Source: Octopus vulgaris (taxonomy: Eukaryota). From it: a stretch of DNA of 64,000 bases. The stretch is from assembly GCA_951406725.2 (NCBI GenBank), contig OX597823.1:11222001-11286000 (forward strand), in the 5' to 3' direction. Of this stretch, positions 11,105 through 24,991 are shown one piece after another; position 1 is the first letter of the stretch, and every line of letters begins with the position of its first letter. The position numbers and the translations under genes were made by a program. The notes below the pieces were generated by a model. That model saw nothing but the letters and a program-made list of their open reading frames with translations, searched no databases and had not been told where the DNA came from.

Positions 11105-13079
11105 GTTAATTTATTATTTCTGCCTTCCACTTATAAAATATTATGTTACTAGTTTGTATGGAGTATTCAAAGTTTGAATTCATAAAAATTAAAATTTATT
11201 CTTAAATCCACTGAGATTCTTTTTAACTTAACCATGTTTAACTCCCTTAACCATCACCCAATATTTTATGTAGTCCTGCTTCACCATAAAACTCCTTGCA
11301 TACATACCTTTATGATGTTTAACTTTCAATCTATATATTAGTTACACCTATGTCATTATTTCCCACAATCTGTGACCAATGTCTTTTCTCTCCTGTGCAG
11401 ACTTGTTTATATACTTCCATATGAAACTCACTGACAAAGTCAAATCTTATCTCACGATATAATTTTCTAAGTGGAAAGGTAGAACAAATCCTTAACATTC
11501 CTGTACACTATATCACATTGCTTCTTAAATACAAAACTAATAACTTACAAGAATTAACTTTTTAAATGTTACATATTTATAAATGTCAAGTGGTTTCTAA
11601 TATGGTTTAAATGAAAAAAAAAATGGTATTCAGTCAGATTTATTGTACCCAAGAACCTCAGCATCAAGAAGAAAAGAACTAAAGGTACTTTAACTGTATG
11701 AGGTAACAAGGAAAAGCAGTGAGCTTCATCTGCACCCTAACTATAGCGAAAGCAACATTGCCTTGCTGTTGAATCTTTCTTCCTGATATAGATGAAGCTT
11801 GAACATCCTGGTCCAAAACTCTTATCTTGTTCTGGATCAAAAAATGGTCACCTTTAAGCAGAATGAGGAGTAGAAAGGTAAGAAATCTGGTTGATTAGTC
11901 CTGTGTTAAACATGAAAACTTGAAGAATTTAGAGAAGATACAAAATGTCTCAAGTTTACAGTTGTCTGAAAGGGCAGAAAGAATCTGATAAACAATGTAA
12001 TAAAAAAGCCAAGACAGCAATTCTTCAGAAAGGGAGAATATTTGAGGGAAGGTAAGACATTGAAAGTATCTTTCACAAAGTCTAGGAAAATAAAAGGTTG
12101 ACAGAATGGATTAGCAATCCTTTGAGTAATCTCGGAACTGAATACAGGAATATACATATTTCAACAATGGTTCTTAGACTGACAAATACAAGTCCCACTT
12201 GCACATCCCACTGCCAATCTGTCCCACTCTTTCATTAAAGGTAAAAGCAAAATAGAATTTGCATCTACCTAATTTTTTTTTTTCTTCACCAAAGATTTGG
12301 ACAGCTTAAAATAACCATCTGAATTTTATTAAGCATGGAAATTTGTTTGCTTTGTTTTTCAAATTTCACAACTTTCTCTCATCAGGGAATTCTAGAAGAA
12401 ACACTGTCCAAGAAGACATCTAAGAAATCAAATCAGATCACTTGTCATGGATATGATAGCCAGCATTGTGAACTGAGTTTTTAATTCACAGACAGACCGT
12501 CTCCTACTAGGATGATAGATGCATCTTCTATCAGTGAGCTCTGCAGCTTTCACCTTGACTGTTGTAGACATAAACTACTTTAAATCTCTGCACTTCACGG
12601 TTATTTAACAAATGATCATTATATATCTCTAAGTAGAATTATGTGTGTGTGCTACTGCCTTCATGTGTGTGTGAGTGTGTGTGAGTATTAGTATGTCTTA
12701 ATAGGGTGTGGACTACAATACAACAGTCCATTACTACTGTATTTTAATATTAGTGGTTTGAGGTGATATGATATGTTCTTGGTCAATTAAATCCTTGACC
12801 CTGTTTCACATCTTACCAGCAATTAGAATATAAATTTCATGACTTCCTAGTTTATCTCCCTTTACAAAATGTTCAAATGTCATATTGATGTAAGTTATTA
12901 TTTTTTTCTAGTAATTGAATTGAAGGATTACATTTAATTTTGTAAGTAAATAGCTGTGCTTAAGTTATTTAAAGTCATATTTATTTTAAATTCTCTTTTA
13001 GGAAAGTATACTGTCCCTTCCTTTTTCATAAATTTTAAATTGGAAATATAGGGATTTATGTGGAGAGAACTTTTAAATG

Positions 13080-13129
<50 letters not shown>

Positions 13130-13130
<1 letters not shown>

Positions 13131-13244
13131 CACGTGATCATGTGACCGACCAGGCTATCAGATGTTGCTACACATCGCTGGTCACAATGCGCTTTGCATT
13201 GTTTTAGCCTTCAAATGACGCCACCCCGCTGGCTAAGCGAGCAG

Positions 13245-13247
<3 letters not shown>
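13130..13247. mobile_element. Short GC-rich repeat fragment inside (TA)n, probably a SINE/LINE 3' tail
   Basis: CpG-rich 118-bp island bounded on both sides by pure (TA)n. Family not established from this window. Confidence 0.5.
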
Positions 13248-13304
<57 letters not shown>

Positions 13305-13852
13305 GAGAGAGAGAGAGAGAGAGAGGAAGGGAGATTATGTGTGTGTGTGTGTATGTGTGATATAAAACACGTTGTACCAAATTGTAAGTTTATGAATAAC
13401 CTTAAGTAGACAGAAATATGACAAATAAAACTTTTTTAAAATAAACTTTTTTTATTCTGCATATGTCTTGCCCTCTATGTTTCACTCTTTATATATCTTT
13501 ACACATCTCATTATTATATTATGTGTATGCATGTATGTATGTCTCTATGGAATGCAGGTTTTATATGTCCTTATATATTTTAACAAAACCGGTAAAGAGC
13601 TTACCTATATGCCTTAAAAGTTTATTTATGTCTTTCATAACAATTTGTCTATGTCAGTGATTATAATCTTATATAAAGAGACATTTATAGACATATGCTG
13701 TGTTATCATAAGACAAGGGTACACTAGATTGTGTTGCTTGGAGAACCCTTTCTTCTAGGGTCCAGTGCTAATCTATGTATGGTATGGTTGTGTATGAAGG
13801 CAACCCAGTACATTGATTTGCTCCCTAATGCTGTTGAGACAGCTTTGTATGT

Positions 13853-13895
<43 letters not shown>

Positions 13896-16800
13896 TATAA
13901 ATATCTCTCTATATATCACTATAAATTTTTGGTTATTAATTTCATCTTTAGAGTTAAGTATTAAAAAATAAACTAGCAATACAACATAAATTTTACATTT
14001 ATTCACACCTGAAAGTTTCCTAGTTTGCCTCTGGTTTGATACTGTTTACACATCCAGGAATAAAACACCTGGGGGACTGATCAAATTGTCATATAGATGT
14101 AAATATTAAACTTACTTTTTTGTTCCATATCTAAAGTAAAGTCTGAAAATTATTATCTTTACAATATTATATATAATCTGGTTTATATATATCTGGATTT
14201 AACGCATATAGCCTGGTTATGTGCATTTGTTTTACTAACTTTTTATTATATTTCCTTGCATTCAATCGAATCATTGGAAGATGAAATATTCTTTCTTTTG
14301 GATTTCATGTCAACAATACTAATAAAATAACTTCTTGAACAAGATATACAAATATGGAATAAAATTAGGAATATAGATTCCAATCTATTGAATATTATTT
14401 AGACAATTGAAAGGCTTTTTTAAGTAAGAGCTATATCATCTCCAAATAAATATTCTAACTTCCATTATTATCTTCATCATATCTATTACCACTATCAATA
14501 AGCAAAAATTATATTTATTAACAATATTTAATTAAAAGGTTAAATAAAAAAAGTACTATTCTCAAGGGAAGCTACTCTTCAAATTTTTGTATTTACTTCC
14601 CTTGTATAAGACTGCTAAGCTTTGCATAATGATTTTTACTATACAGATTTTGATAGCGCTTGCAGCGCTGTTACAGAAATATTGCCTGTTCCTCATTGAT
14701 CAATTTTTGATAAGGATTACTATGAAAATATATTTTACTATTACTGTCTGTTACAGTCTCTGGTTGTTTTCCCTATACTACCTTAGTGAATTTTAACAAA
14801 AGCAACTATTTCGTGTATAACCGAAAATGTTTTTAAGAAAGAGTACCATAATTGAATAATAATAGATAGGATATAAAAATGTGGTATTGATTATGAAATA
14901 ACTATCTGTATATAGGTGTTAAATAACAATACAAAAAAATCACACACTACTATCTTTAAAAGAAAAGGCCACTATTGATAATATTGTCCTTGAAAGTATC
15001 TGGGAGAGAAAAAAACGACTGGCTGGTTAAGAAAGCCATTGATTGAAGGTCTGAAGAACGGGAAATAAGAAACAGTATATCTAGTGGTAGTTTAGAAGTA
15101 GGCACATAGGTGTAGAGAGTGAGAACATTTTGTTTCATCCTTCAGTTTAGATTAGTTTTGGATTTCTTTTGTATATAAATTACTCTTGGACTTAATACTC
15201 TTCATTATTTTATTTAAAGCATCAGTTATATATTTCATTTTTTACAAAGGCAAAATGCCACAAATTCTAATGGAAGGAAATTGTCAAGGAAATTAATCTC
15301 AATACTTCAGTTGTACTTTGAGTCCTAAAACAGTGAAAGACAAAATCATTATCAGTAGGTTTTGAACTTAGAATGTAAAGTATTATGACTAAATATTACA
15401 AAATATATTTCTTGATTTATTCAAAAGAATATTTGTGACCCTTTTCCATAGCTTCTGAAACCAGTGGCAGGAGGAAAGGATAGGGAGCATCCAACACCTT
15501 TTTCAGGACTTGTGAAATTGGCATGAGAAATAGAGGAGGTTATTCTCAGACATGATGTTTTACCTGCATATTTCTAACAGCAGAGACTACTTGGAACATT
15601 ATTAAGTTATATGGTAGTATTAAACCAGATGATGGATTCAGTCTACCAATACTCTGCGGATCATGTCAATCTGCCACCTTAATATTTATTGCAGCCTTTC
15701 ACTAAATGTTGAAAACAGTATTTCCCCTTTGTTTTCAAATAGTGAAACTGATAATATAAAATAATGATTACAATAAAATTTAATTGAAAGTAAATGTTCT
15801 ATCAGATTCCTTCTATTTTATTTTTAAATTAAATTGAGACATCTGAGCTCTATTGGAATTTAATTAAGAAATCTTCATTTTTAAAAATAAAAGTATGCTT
15901 GTCATTGCATAACACATATGGTACAGGGTTCACCAACAACCAGTGTTATTTAGATGTTCGCACTATGAGATTGCCAACCAAGGCTTAAGAGCTCATCATC
16001 TATCTGCCTCAGAGACATCATTGTCCCCCAGCAAATTTCAACTAGGTATTACAATGGTTTTTTTTCTGGGGATCTGTAACCAGGGAGAAGAGACCTATTC
16101 TAGGTACTGTCAGGCAGAGTTATTTCAGCTCAGAACATATGTTAGGCACGTAATAAATAAGCTCACTACCTGTTATCTTGAAATTTTACTATACTATAGA
16201 GACATAATGAGACATTTTACTACAATTTTACTATAGAGACATTTTACTACAATACAGACATAATGAATAAAGTTTCATTATGCCATATTTTTCTCGAGTA
16301 AAAGTAACTCTTTCTAAATAACAACTGCAACATCACTAAAAAGATAATCGTCTGAAATTATTAATTAGATGGTGTGTCTGTACTGCAATTCTTTTGGCTT
16401 GTTGACCTAGCAACCCAACTACTTTCTCTCGTGTAATCATAGCAAGAAAATACACCTGTGAAATGATAAAGATCGATCAGTTATCTTGAAATGGCTGCAT
16501 TGCTGAATTGATGACCTACAGACAAAAGTTTCAAACCATGTCATAGGTGTCGTGGTTTTTGAATTAGGCATATTTATTTGATTATGTTCATTGAGCTAGA
16601 AAATAAGTATTAATCCTTCTTTATTGTAGTGTGGGTGGCATTAGTATATGTTAGATGTCAAGTGAGGGATTATGTTAATCTATTCTTGCCATGGTAACTT
16701 AAAACAAATCAGTAAGAACAAGATCTAATCATTACAGATATTTTCTAATGTTGTTGCTGCTGCTGCTGCTGCTCATATATTGCCCCAGATTGGCCCTGAA

Positions 16801-17487
16801 TTACCATACTTATGATCAAAGACATTCTAGCTATGACCGTCCTGTTTTTTTTCCAAACTACGTTGTCCATTGTATCTTTCTTTTTTAAGTTGGTTGCTGA
16901 GATTCAAAGGAATTTAGGTTGCTGTTTCTAGCACAGCAAACAACCACATTATGGTTCTATTGTTGTTTGCATTTTCTGGTGACAAAAACCAAAAAGTCAA
17001 TTTTATTTCAAAAGTAATGTTGAATATGAGAGTAGATTGGGGGAAGTGCTGGAGTGTTAATAAGATTCCATGTGGTACTTATTTTAGCACACAATATTTC
17101 TATTGTTTCGTGTGTCTTTTATTTTTTAAATTTCATTATGGATTAGTCAGAGGAGAGAGGTCAGTGACCTTGCATTTTTTCAGGATCTTTAATATTGGTG
17201 ACATAGATAGAAGGGATTATCTTGAACCTGGATACCTTGTCTGAATGCTTACCCGAGAGTAAGCTGCCACTGATTAGTCGATCAGTTTGTCTACGCTTAC
17301 ATATCCTATTATAACTGTTTCACAAAAATAAACAATGTACTTATTGTCATTCCTTGTATGTAACAATTTTCTAGGTGTTGTTATTTAGCCTGAGGTGAAC
17401 ACTGATCAAGCTGGTCTATGATCAAAGCATTTCAGCTGTGACCTCCCATGTCTCTGTTGGAATATGTAGTACTATATTTATTTAAAC

Positions 17488-17788
17488 CATCCGAATGTGA
17501 CCGTAGCCAGTACCGCATCGACTGGCCTCTGTGCTGTGGGCACATAATAAACACCATCCGAACGTGGCCGTTCGCCAGCCTCATCTGGCACCTGTGTCGG
17601 TGGCAAATAAAAAGCACCCACTACACTCACGGAGTGGTTGGCATTAGGAAGGGCATCCAGCTGTAGAAACACTGCCAGATCTGACTGGCCTGGTGCAGCC
17701 TTTGGGCTTCCAAGACCCCAGTTGAACCGTCCAACCCATGCTAGCATGGAAAGCGGACGTTAAACGATGATGATGATGATGATGATGT
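17488..17788 (+). mobile_element. RTE 3' end, (GAT)n tail
   Basis: Matches the RTE 3' UTR. Confidence 0.9.
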
Positions 17789-17929
17789 TTTTTGAGGGAA
17801 ATTTGAAAAATGTGGGAAATTTGGTTACTATTTCTTGCTATTAGCTCTGTCTAGATGTTGTTCGTTGATCAACCCTCTTCTAACATAACCTCTAGTGTTC
17901 ATCATCATCATCATTATCACCATGATGAT

Positions 17930-18270
17930 CATCATCATTTAACATCTGTTTTCTGTGCTGGCATGGGTTGGACAGTTTCACTGGAGCTGGCCAAATGAAG
18001 AACTTCTCGGGCTCCATGTCTGTTTTGGCATGGTTTCTTTGGCTGGAATGCCTTTCTTAATGCCAACCACTTCATAAAGTGTACTGGGTGTTTTTAAGCA
18101 GCATTGGCATGGGTGTGGCACCAACACCCTCAAGCCCACTAGATTAGGAATGCACAGTTGAAGAGGGATGCAGGGAACATGTATGTATGCAAGGGTAACC
18201 CTGATTTTACTTAGCTTGATATATCTTCTCAAGCACAGCAAACTGCCAGGAGTCTTGGTACTTTGTCATC
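17930..18270 (-). mobile_element. Older RTE subfamily 3' UTR
   Basis: (CAT)n-tttaacatc...gcatgggttggacag...tcttctcaagcacagc, colinear with 48230-48720. Confidence 0.75.
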
Positions 18271-18540
18271 CCTTTATGTTCTATATTTAAATAAGAAATC
18301 TTAATTTACATCATTAACTGATTTCTCTAATTGTAAAATTTTATTCTGCATTTCATTACAAATATTATGGTTTCTAATATGGGCACATGGCTGCAAATCT
18401 TTTCCCAAGAAGAGTGGAGCCTATTAAATGAGCTTATATTTATTTTAACAAACCTGGATGAATCAAAAGCCATGGTGACCTCAACAAGATTTGAACTCAA
18501 ATCATAAAAGGTCATAACTAAAATTTTGCCTAAGAGATAT

Positions 18541-18744
18541 ACTCTTTTACTCTCTTTTACTTGTTTCAGTCATTTGACTGTGGCCATGCTGGAGCACCGC
18601 CTTTAATCGAGCATCTCGACCCCGGGACTTATTCTTTTGTAAGCCCAGTACTTATTCTATCGGTCTCTTTTGCCGAACCGCTAAGTAACGGTGACATAAA
18701 CACACCAGCATCGGTTGTCAAGCAATGCTAGGGGCACAAACACA

Positions 18745-18826
<82 letters not shown>

Positions 18827-18975
18827 TACGATGGGCTTCTTTCAGTTTCCGTCTACCAAATCCACTCACAAGGCTTTGGTCGGCCCGAGGCTTATAGTAG
18901 AAGACACTTGCCCAAGGTGCCACGCAGTGGGACTGAACCCGGAACCATGTGGTTGGTAAACAAGCTACTTACCAT
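18541..18975 (-). mobile_element. SINE family A
   Basis: Reverse complement of 7121-7536, lacking about 20 nt at the 5' end. Confidence 0.9.
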
Positions 18976-19735
18976 ATTTTTAGAATTTTAAAACTTCAAA
19001 ATAATTAAAGATAGAAACTGTCAGCATCAACTGATGATTGTAAATAAATTCAAGTTTATTCAATTATAGTGGACCCTTTATACTGGAGATTTTTCCTAAA
19101 ATGGTAATCCTTATATTTAATAATAAATATTTTCTATAGATTATCTACAGGTGAGTTTAAATGCATTTGCATTGGTTTCTGATTTTATGCAAGAAACATT
19201 TCTTTCCCTTCTTTAGCTAAGAATAAGGAACTGATTGATGTAGTGGGAAATTCTGAGTAACAGCAAATCTATCATCAGCTTCAAACAAATTAATAAATTC
19301 TACTAAAGATATTGAGTATTCTTCCTCCCATCTTTACATTCAAACTTGTGTGTGTGTGCGTGTGCATGTGCATGCATGCATGTGTATATATATATGAATC
19401 ATCATCATTGTCATTTTATATCTGTTTTCCATGCTAATATGGGCTGAGCAAGTTGCCATAGACCAATGCTATTCTAGATGGGGCAGAGGATTATATCTTG
19501 CTCATATTTTTCACTTCTAGTTTGGTTTGGTTTGGTTTGGTTTGGTTTGGTTTCTATGACTGATACTTTTCCAATCACCAATCACTTTACAGAGTTCACC
19601 AGGTGCATTCTATTGTGGCACCAGCATGTAAGAAATTGTCATATTCGCTACAAGACCGTAGTGTTCTTTTGACCCTACACATTTGCCAACTACTTCACAG
19701 AGAGCCTTGGATGGATTTTATTGTGGCACCAGCAC

Positions 19736-19803
<68 letters not shown>

Positions 19804-20220
19804 GGCGCAGGAATGGCTGTGTGGTAAGTAGCTTGCTAACCAACCACATGGTTCCGGGTTCAGTCCCACTGCGTGGCATCTTGGGCAAGTGTCTTCTGCT
19901 ATAGCCTCAGGCTGACCAATACCTTCTGAGTGGATTTGGTAGATGGAAACTGAAAGAAGCCTGTCGTATATATGTATATATATATGTGTGTATGTGTATG
20001 TGTGTATGTTTGTGTGTCTGTGTTTGTCCCCCTAGCATTGCTTGACAACCGATGCTGGTGTGTTTATGTCCCCGTCACTCAGCGGTTCGGCAAAAGAGAC
20101 CGATAGAATAAGTACTGGGCTTACAAAGAATAAGTCCCGGGGTCGATTTGCTCGACTAAAGGGCAGTGCTCCAGCATGGCTGCAGTCAACTGACTGAAAC
20201 AAGGAAAAGAGTAAAAGAGA
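19804..20220 (+). mobile_element. SINE family A, full length
   Basis: Colinear with 7121-7536 and inserted in an (AAT)n tract. Confidence 0.9.
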
Positions 20221-20959
20221 GAATAATAATAATAATAATAAGAAGAAGAAGAAGAAGAATAAGAAGAATGACAATTCTTTCTAATTTTGGCACAAAGCCA
20301 GCAATTCTTAGGGGGACAGTTTTTTTTAGCTCATTGTACCAAGGATACAATGTACTTATTTTTCATTTACCATAGCATTTCGATTTCTTTTTGCTGAGTT
20401 TTATATTTTATTACTTATTCTGTATCTGATGTCTCCAAGACATGTCATGCCTATGATGTGGCATGAATTTTCCTCCATTGTCAACCAACATGATATTGGA
20501 TTTCCAATGTTCAATTCCTTGATCACATTAGATCTGTCAGAGTCTGTGAAACGTTCAGTTCTTTGCTTCATGAAACACTTGTTTGTGTGCTACACATAGC
20601 AAGGCCTATGTTTCAGGTTTCAATTCACTTTTTTGTAACTACATCTATCTTTTATCTGAAACTATATTCCTTGGTATCCCGCTCAAGAACTGACTGCACA
20701 TCTTATCCTTCCAGCTGTTTCTTTATTTCTGTCTTTTTTGTATATCTTCTTATCCTGACAGCTTTCTGTATGTGATAATCTTGCCTCCCTTACTTGCCCA
20801 AGTGGTGTGTTCTTTGCATTCTTTATATACCAAGTAATACTGTTTTCCTCGGACAGAATATAATCCTCACAACATATCAATTCCCATCCGCCTTTTTTTT
20901 TTGTCAAATGCAGCCTTTCAGCATCACTTTACAGTTGGAATACACCATATATTGAATTT

Positions 20960-21155
20960 AAATTTTGACTCAAGGCCAGGAATTTCAGGGAAGGAGTAAG
21001 TTGATTACATCGACCCCAGAGTCCAACTGGTACTTATTTTATCAGCCCTGATAGGATGAAAAGCAAATTCGAACTTGGTGGAACATAAAGACAGACGAAA
21101 TGGCACTAAGCCTTTTGTCTGGTGTACTAATGATTCTACCAGCTCGCTACCTTAG
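20960..21155 (-). mobile_element. tRNA-derived SINE family C
   Basis: Colinear with 36415-36643 (gattacatcgacccc...ggatgaaa.gcaaa...gattct.ccagctcg). Confidence 0.8.
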
Positions 21156-21341
21156 AATGCACAATATCTTGTCAACAGTTTCCTTGTTTTCTTGTTTGGA
21201 ACTTATTTTCCCCATTCAGTTCAGGGCCAATGTACCACTCTTGTTCCATATCTCAAGAAAGTGATTATCCATGAATTTATTGCTTGGAATTTATTCTTCC
21301 CATTAAGTTTATTATTATTATTGTTGATGTTGTTGTTGTTA

Positions 21342-21775
21342 GGTTGCATGGCCTAGTGGTTAAGGTGTTGCACTCGCAATTGCTAGATTGTGATTTCAAT
21401 TCCTAGATTGGTTGGTGCGTTGTGATCTTGAGAAAAACACTTCGTCTCATGTTCCTCTGCAGTTACTTTGACACCTGACAGATGGCACACTGTGCACCTG
21501 TTTAAACAGCGATGATTTGATGGAGAGAGGGAGCTCATGTGCGGCACAAACATTTGATCAATATAAACAAATCAAGGGCATCCAGCCGTAGAAACACTGC
21601 CAGATCAGACTAGGCCTGATGCAGCCTTCTGGCTTCACAGACCCCAGTTGAACCGTCCAACCCATGCTAGCATGGAAAGCAGACGCTAAATGATGATGAT
21701 GATGATTTGTACAGGTTGTTTGGCAAGAAAGCTGAACACTCATACATGGTCTTCGAAGGGATAGTTTGTCATTAT
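21342..21775 (+). mobile_element. tRNA-derived SINE interrupted by an RTE 3' end at 21576-21706
   Basis: A box TGGCCTAGTGG and B box-like GATTTCAATTCC. The nested segment matches the RTE tail and ends in (GAT)n. Confidence 0.65.
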
Positions 21776-21789
21776 TATAATTATTCACT

Positions 21790-22062
21790 TAAGATCAATG
21801 TTCCATGCTGGTATGAGTCAGATGGTTTGGCAGAATCCAGTGGATACACAGACTTCATTATGTACCAATGTCTGCTTTTGGCATGGTTTCTATGGCTTGA
21901 TGCAAAAGCACCCACGACACTCACGGAGTGGTTGGCGTTAGGAAGGGCATCCAGCTGTAGAAACATTGCCAGATAAGACTGGAGCCTGGTGCAGCCTTCT
22001 GGCTTCCCAGATCCCCGGTCAAACCGTCCAACCCATGCTAGCATGGAGAACGGACGTTAAAC

Positions 22063-22120
<58 letters not shown>

Positions 22121-22210
22121 CCCTTCCTAATGCCAACCACTTTGCAGCATGTCCTGGGTATTTTTTCCGTGACACTATCACTAGTGAAATCACCATGCAA
22201 CTTTCAAGAC
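21790..22210. mobile_element. Young RTE 3' end (+, 21904-22119) nested in an older RTE 3' UTR (-)
   Basis: Host sequence ...ctatggcttgatgc|cccttcctaatgccaacc is split by the insert. Confidence 0.8.
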
Positions 22211-22620
22211 TTGGAGATGATGGTTAAAATATGAGAGAAAGGGCCAAAACTGAATAGGTTTTTTTTTTTTCTGCTGTAGAGAAGTTACATGACTACTCAT
22301 AATTTAGAAAAGAGCATAGAAGTGTTTGTGTGGTTGTGGAAAGTGATAAAAATAGTGGTGACGAGGTGTGTGGATGAACCCTCAAGGTACAAAGTGGGTA
22401 GTAATAAGTGGGGACAGAGCAACCAGGAATGTGGATGGATGGATGGAGGCTGCAAGAGTGTATGTGGAAGTGAAAGATGGGGAATGAGTGAGTGGAGGGG
22501 AGTTAAATGGCAGCTGTAAAGATTAGGTAGGGTTGAAGGGTGAACTTTGTGAATATCCAATGATACATGAGTTGCAGGAGACAAGGGAAGTAGAAGATGG
22601 TTGGAGATGGGGGCAAGGAA

Positions 22621-22879
22621 TACACATGTGGACATGCCTACAAGGGATACACACGTGGACATGCCTACAAAGTCAGAAAACAGCACAGCTCCCATGACTT
22701 TCGGAAACATTTTTTCACGCTCAGGGTTGCTGAAGCGTGGAATAAACTGCCTGCATCAGTTGTTGACTGCCATGACACTGCATCCTTTAAGGCCCTCATG
22801 CTTCCCGAAATCCGCCGAAACTACACCTGATTATATATACACTTTAGATGAGTTGTAGTGCACCTGAGCACTGTACACA

Positions 22880-22933
<54 letters not shown>
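22621..22933 (+). mobile_element. CR1-like LINE 3' end, (TTA)n tail
   Basis: Nearly identical to 8960-9220, with the same HAYKVRKQHSSHDFRKHFFTLRV peptide. Confidence 0.9.
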
Positions 22934-22936
<3 letters not shown>

Positions 22937-23419
22937 AGTAATGATGATATAGAAGATAGGGGAAGGATGAAAGACAGATGGTATACGGTTGGGTAAGTTT
23001 CAGGAGTGTGGGGAAGAAAGAGAGGGACAGATGCATTGCATGAGGGGAATGAGGGACATGTATCTGTGGAAAAGAAGAGATAATTTGATGGCTTAGTGGG
23101 GCAGGGTGATCAATGTAAAGTGTGAGTGGAGAGAGCATTTTTAATAGATGAAGAGTGGTTAACAACTGAAATGGTTCTGGGTAGTAAGAAAAATAAGTGG
23201 TATTAAAAAAAAAAAGCTGCACTTAAAGATGGGTGATGGAAATGTCTTGAGAAGGAAATTAGAGAAAGGGCTCAATTGTGTGCAAAACATAGATACAAAA
23301 TGCTTCCAGAATTCAGGTACACTGAAGTGGGTGGGTCTTCTTCTTCTTAGGAACCACATCACCAATCATCCCGTTTTTTTTTCTTATTTTTCTTTTTTTT
23401 TTCTATCATTATCATGTTA

Positions 23420-23795
23420 ATGGTGGTAAATTGGTAGAATTGCTTCAGTGTCAGAAAAAACGATTTGCAGTATTTGTTATGGCCCTTTACATTCTGAGTT
23501 AAAAACCTGTAAAATAAATTCTACATTTTATCCCTTAAGTAAGTCGATAAAGAAAAGTACCAGGATGTATTATGGTCGATGGTATCAATTAGCTCCCTCC
23601 CTTCAAAAATTGCTGACCTTGTGTCTAGTTTAGAAACTCTTGACGCTTTATATCTTTGAGTTGAAATCCTGCTTAGGTGAATTTTGTCTTTCATTCTTCA
23701 TAGTTGATTAAATAAAGTACCAGTCAAAAAACGGGAGCAATCGTATCGACTAACCCCTTTCTCTCAAAACTGCTGGCTTTCTGCCTAACTTGACA
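23420..23795 (+). mobile_element. Two degenerate SINE family C copies in tandem
   Basis: Diverged reverse complement of 36415-36643 motifs (ctgagtt.aaa, gtcgataaa..aagtaccag). Confidence 0.6.
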
Positions 23796-23964
23796 ATGTA
23801 AAAGAAATTATCATAATTATCTTCTTCATCATTATTCTATAGTTAACATGTACAGTCAACATGTATTGTTTTGCTGTATCACTTTACATTAATGATTCAA
23901 TAAAAATGGTACATTGAGAATTTTCTTTGAAATATCAAATATCATTTGCGACACATTGTGTGTA

Positions 23965-24008
<44 letters not shown>

Positions 24009-24197
24009 CTTGTACATCTGTGTATGTGTATGTATAAAATAATGCACAGCAAATGCATATATTTTTATTCTCATATATTTGGACTTGAGTGAATGATTAA
24101 ATTATGTATAATTCATACCTGTCTTTCTGTCTACCTATCTATCTAACCATCTATTTATCTGTCTGTCTGTCTGTCTCTCTCTTTCTCTCTCTCTCTT

Positions 24198-24240
<43 letters not shown>

Positions 24241-24566
24241 TAGTAAAGTTTATCTTCATATACTTGTGTATGAGTGTACAACTAAATTTTGTATTATACA
24301 TGTATGTGTAGGCCTGTTGCATATGTATGCATATGTGTGCATGCATATGTACAAGTGCACATTATGAATGCATGCATGCTAGCTCCAGAATTCTTCTCTG
24401 CACATACATTTTTCTGCAGCCGTCAACTTGCAACTGTGCAAGAAGGACATTTAGCACGTCCATGTAAGTAGTTTTGGAGGACATGACAGCAACGGATACA
24501 ATACATAACCTCCTGTCCAATAAAAAGAAAATTACCAATTATAATATTTATGAAATTATATATATG

Positions 24567-24952
24567 CTAGCAGTATCGCCCGGCGTTGCTCGGGTTTGTA
24601 AGGGAAATAACTATATAAGCATTTTTAGAGAGTTATAGCAAAAAAATGCATTAAAAATGGAAAAAAAATGATGGTAAATTTTTTTTAAATCGTTGACTCA
24701 TCGTAGACATTTTTAGAGAGTTACTTCCCTTATATAATAGCGAAAAAATGCATTAAAATGGAAAAAAATTATGGTAAATTATTTTTAAAATCGTAGACTC
24801 ATCGTAGACGCGCACTAATACCCAGAAGGGCTCGATATGAATCACGACTATAAGATACCCGCTTTTGGTTAAACTGCACCGCAAAATGTGGGAGTAGTTA
24901 GGAATCTAAATCGTAGGAGACAGACAGCACACAACCTCACTTTTATATATAA

Positions 24953-24955
<3 letters not shown>
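24567..24955 (-). mobile_element. Non-autonomous Helitron
   Basis: On the minus strand it begins TC, has a subterminal hairpin CCCGAGCAACGCCGGG and ends CTAG. No TSD, sits in a TA tract, and a second copy lies at 54666-54971. Confidence 0.85.
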
Positions 24956-24991
<36 letters not shown>

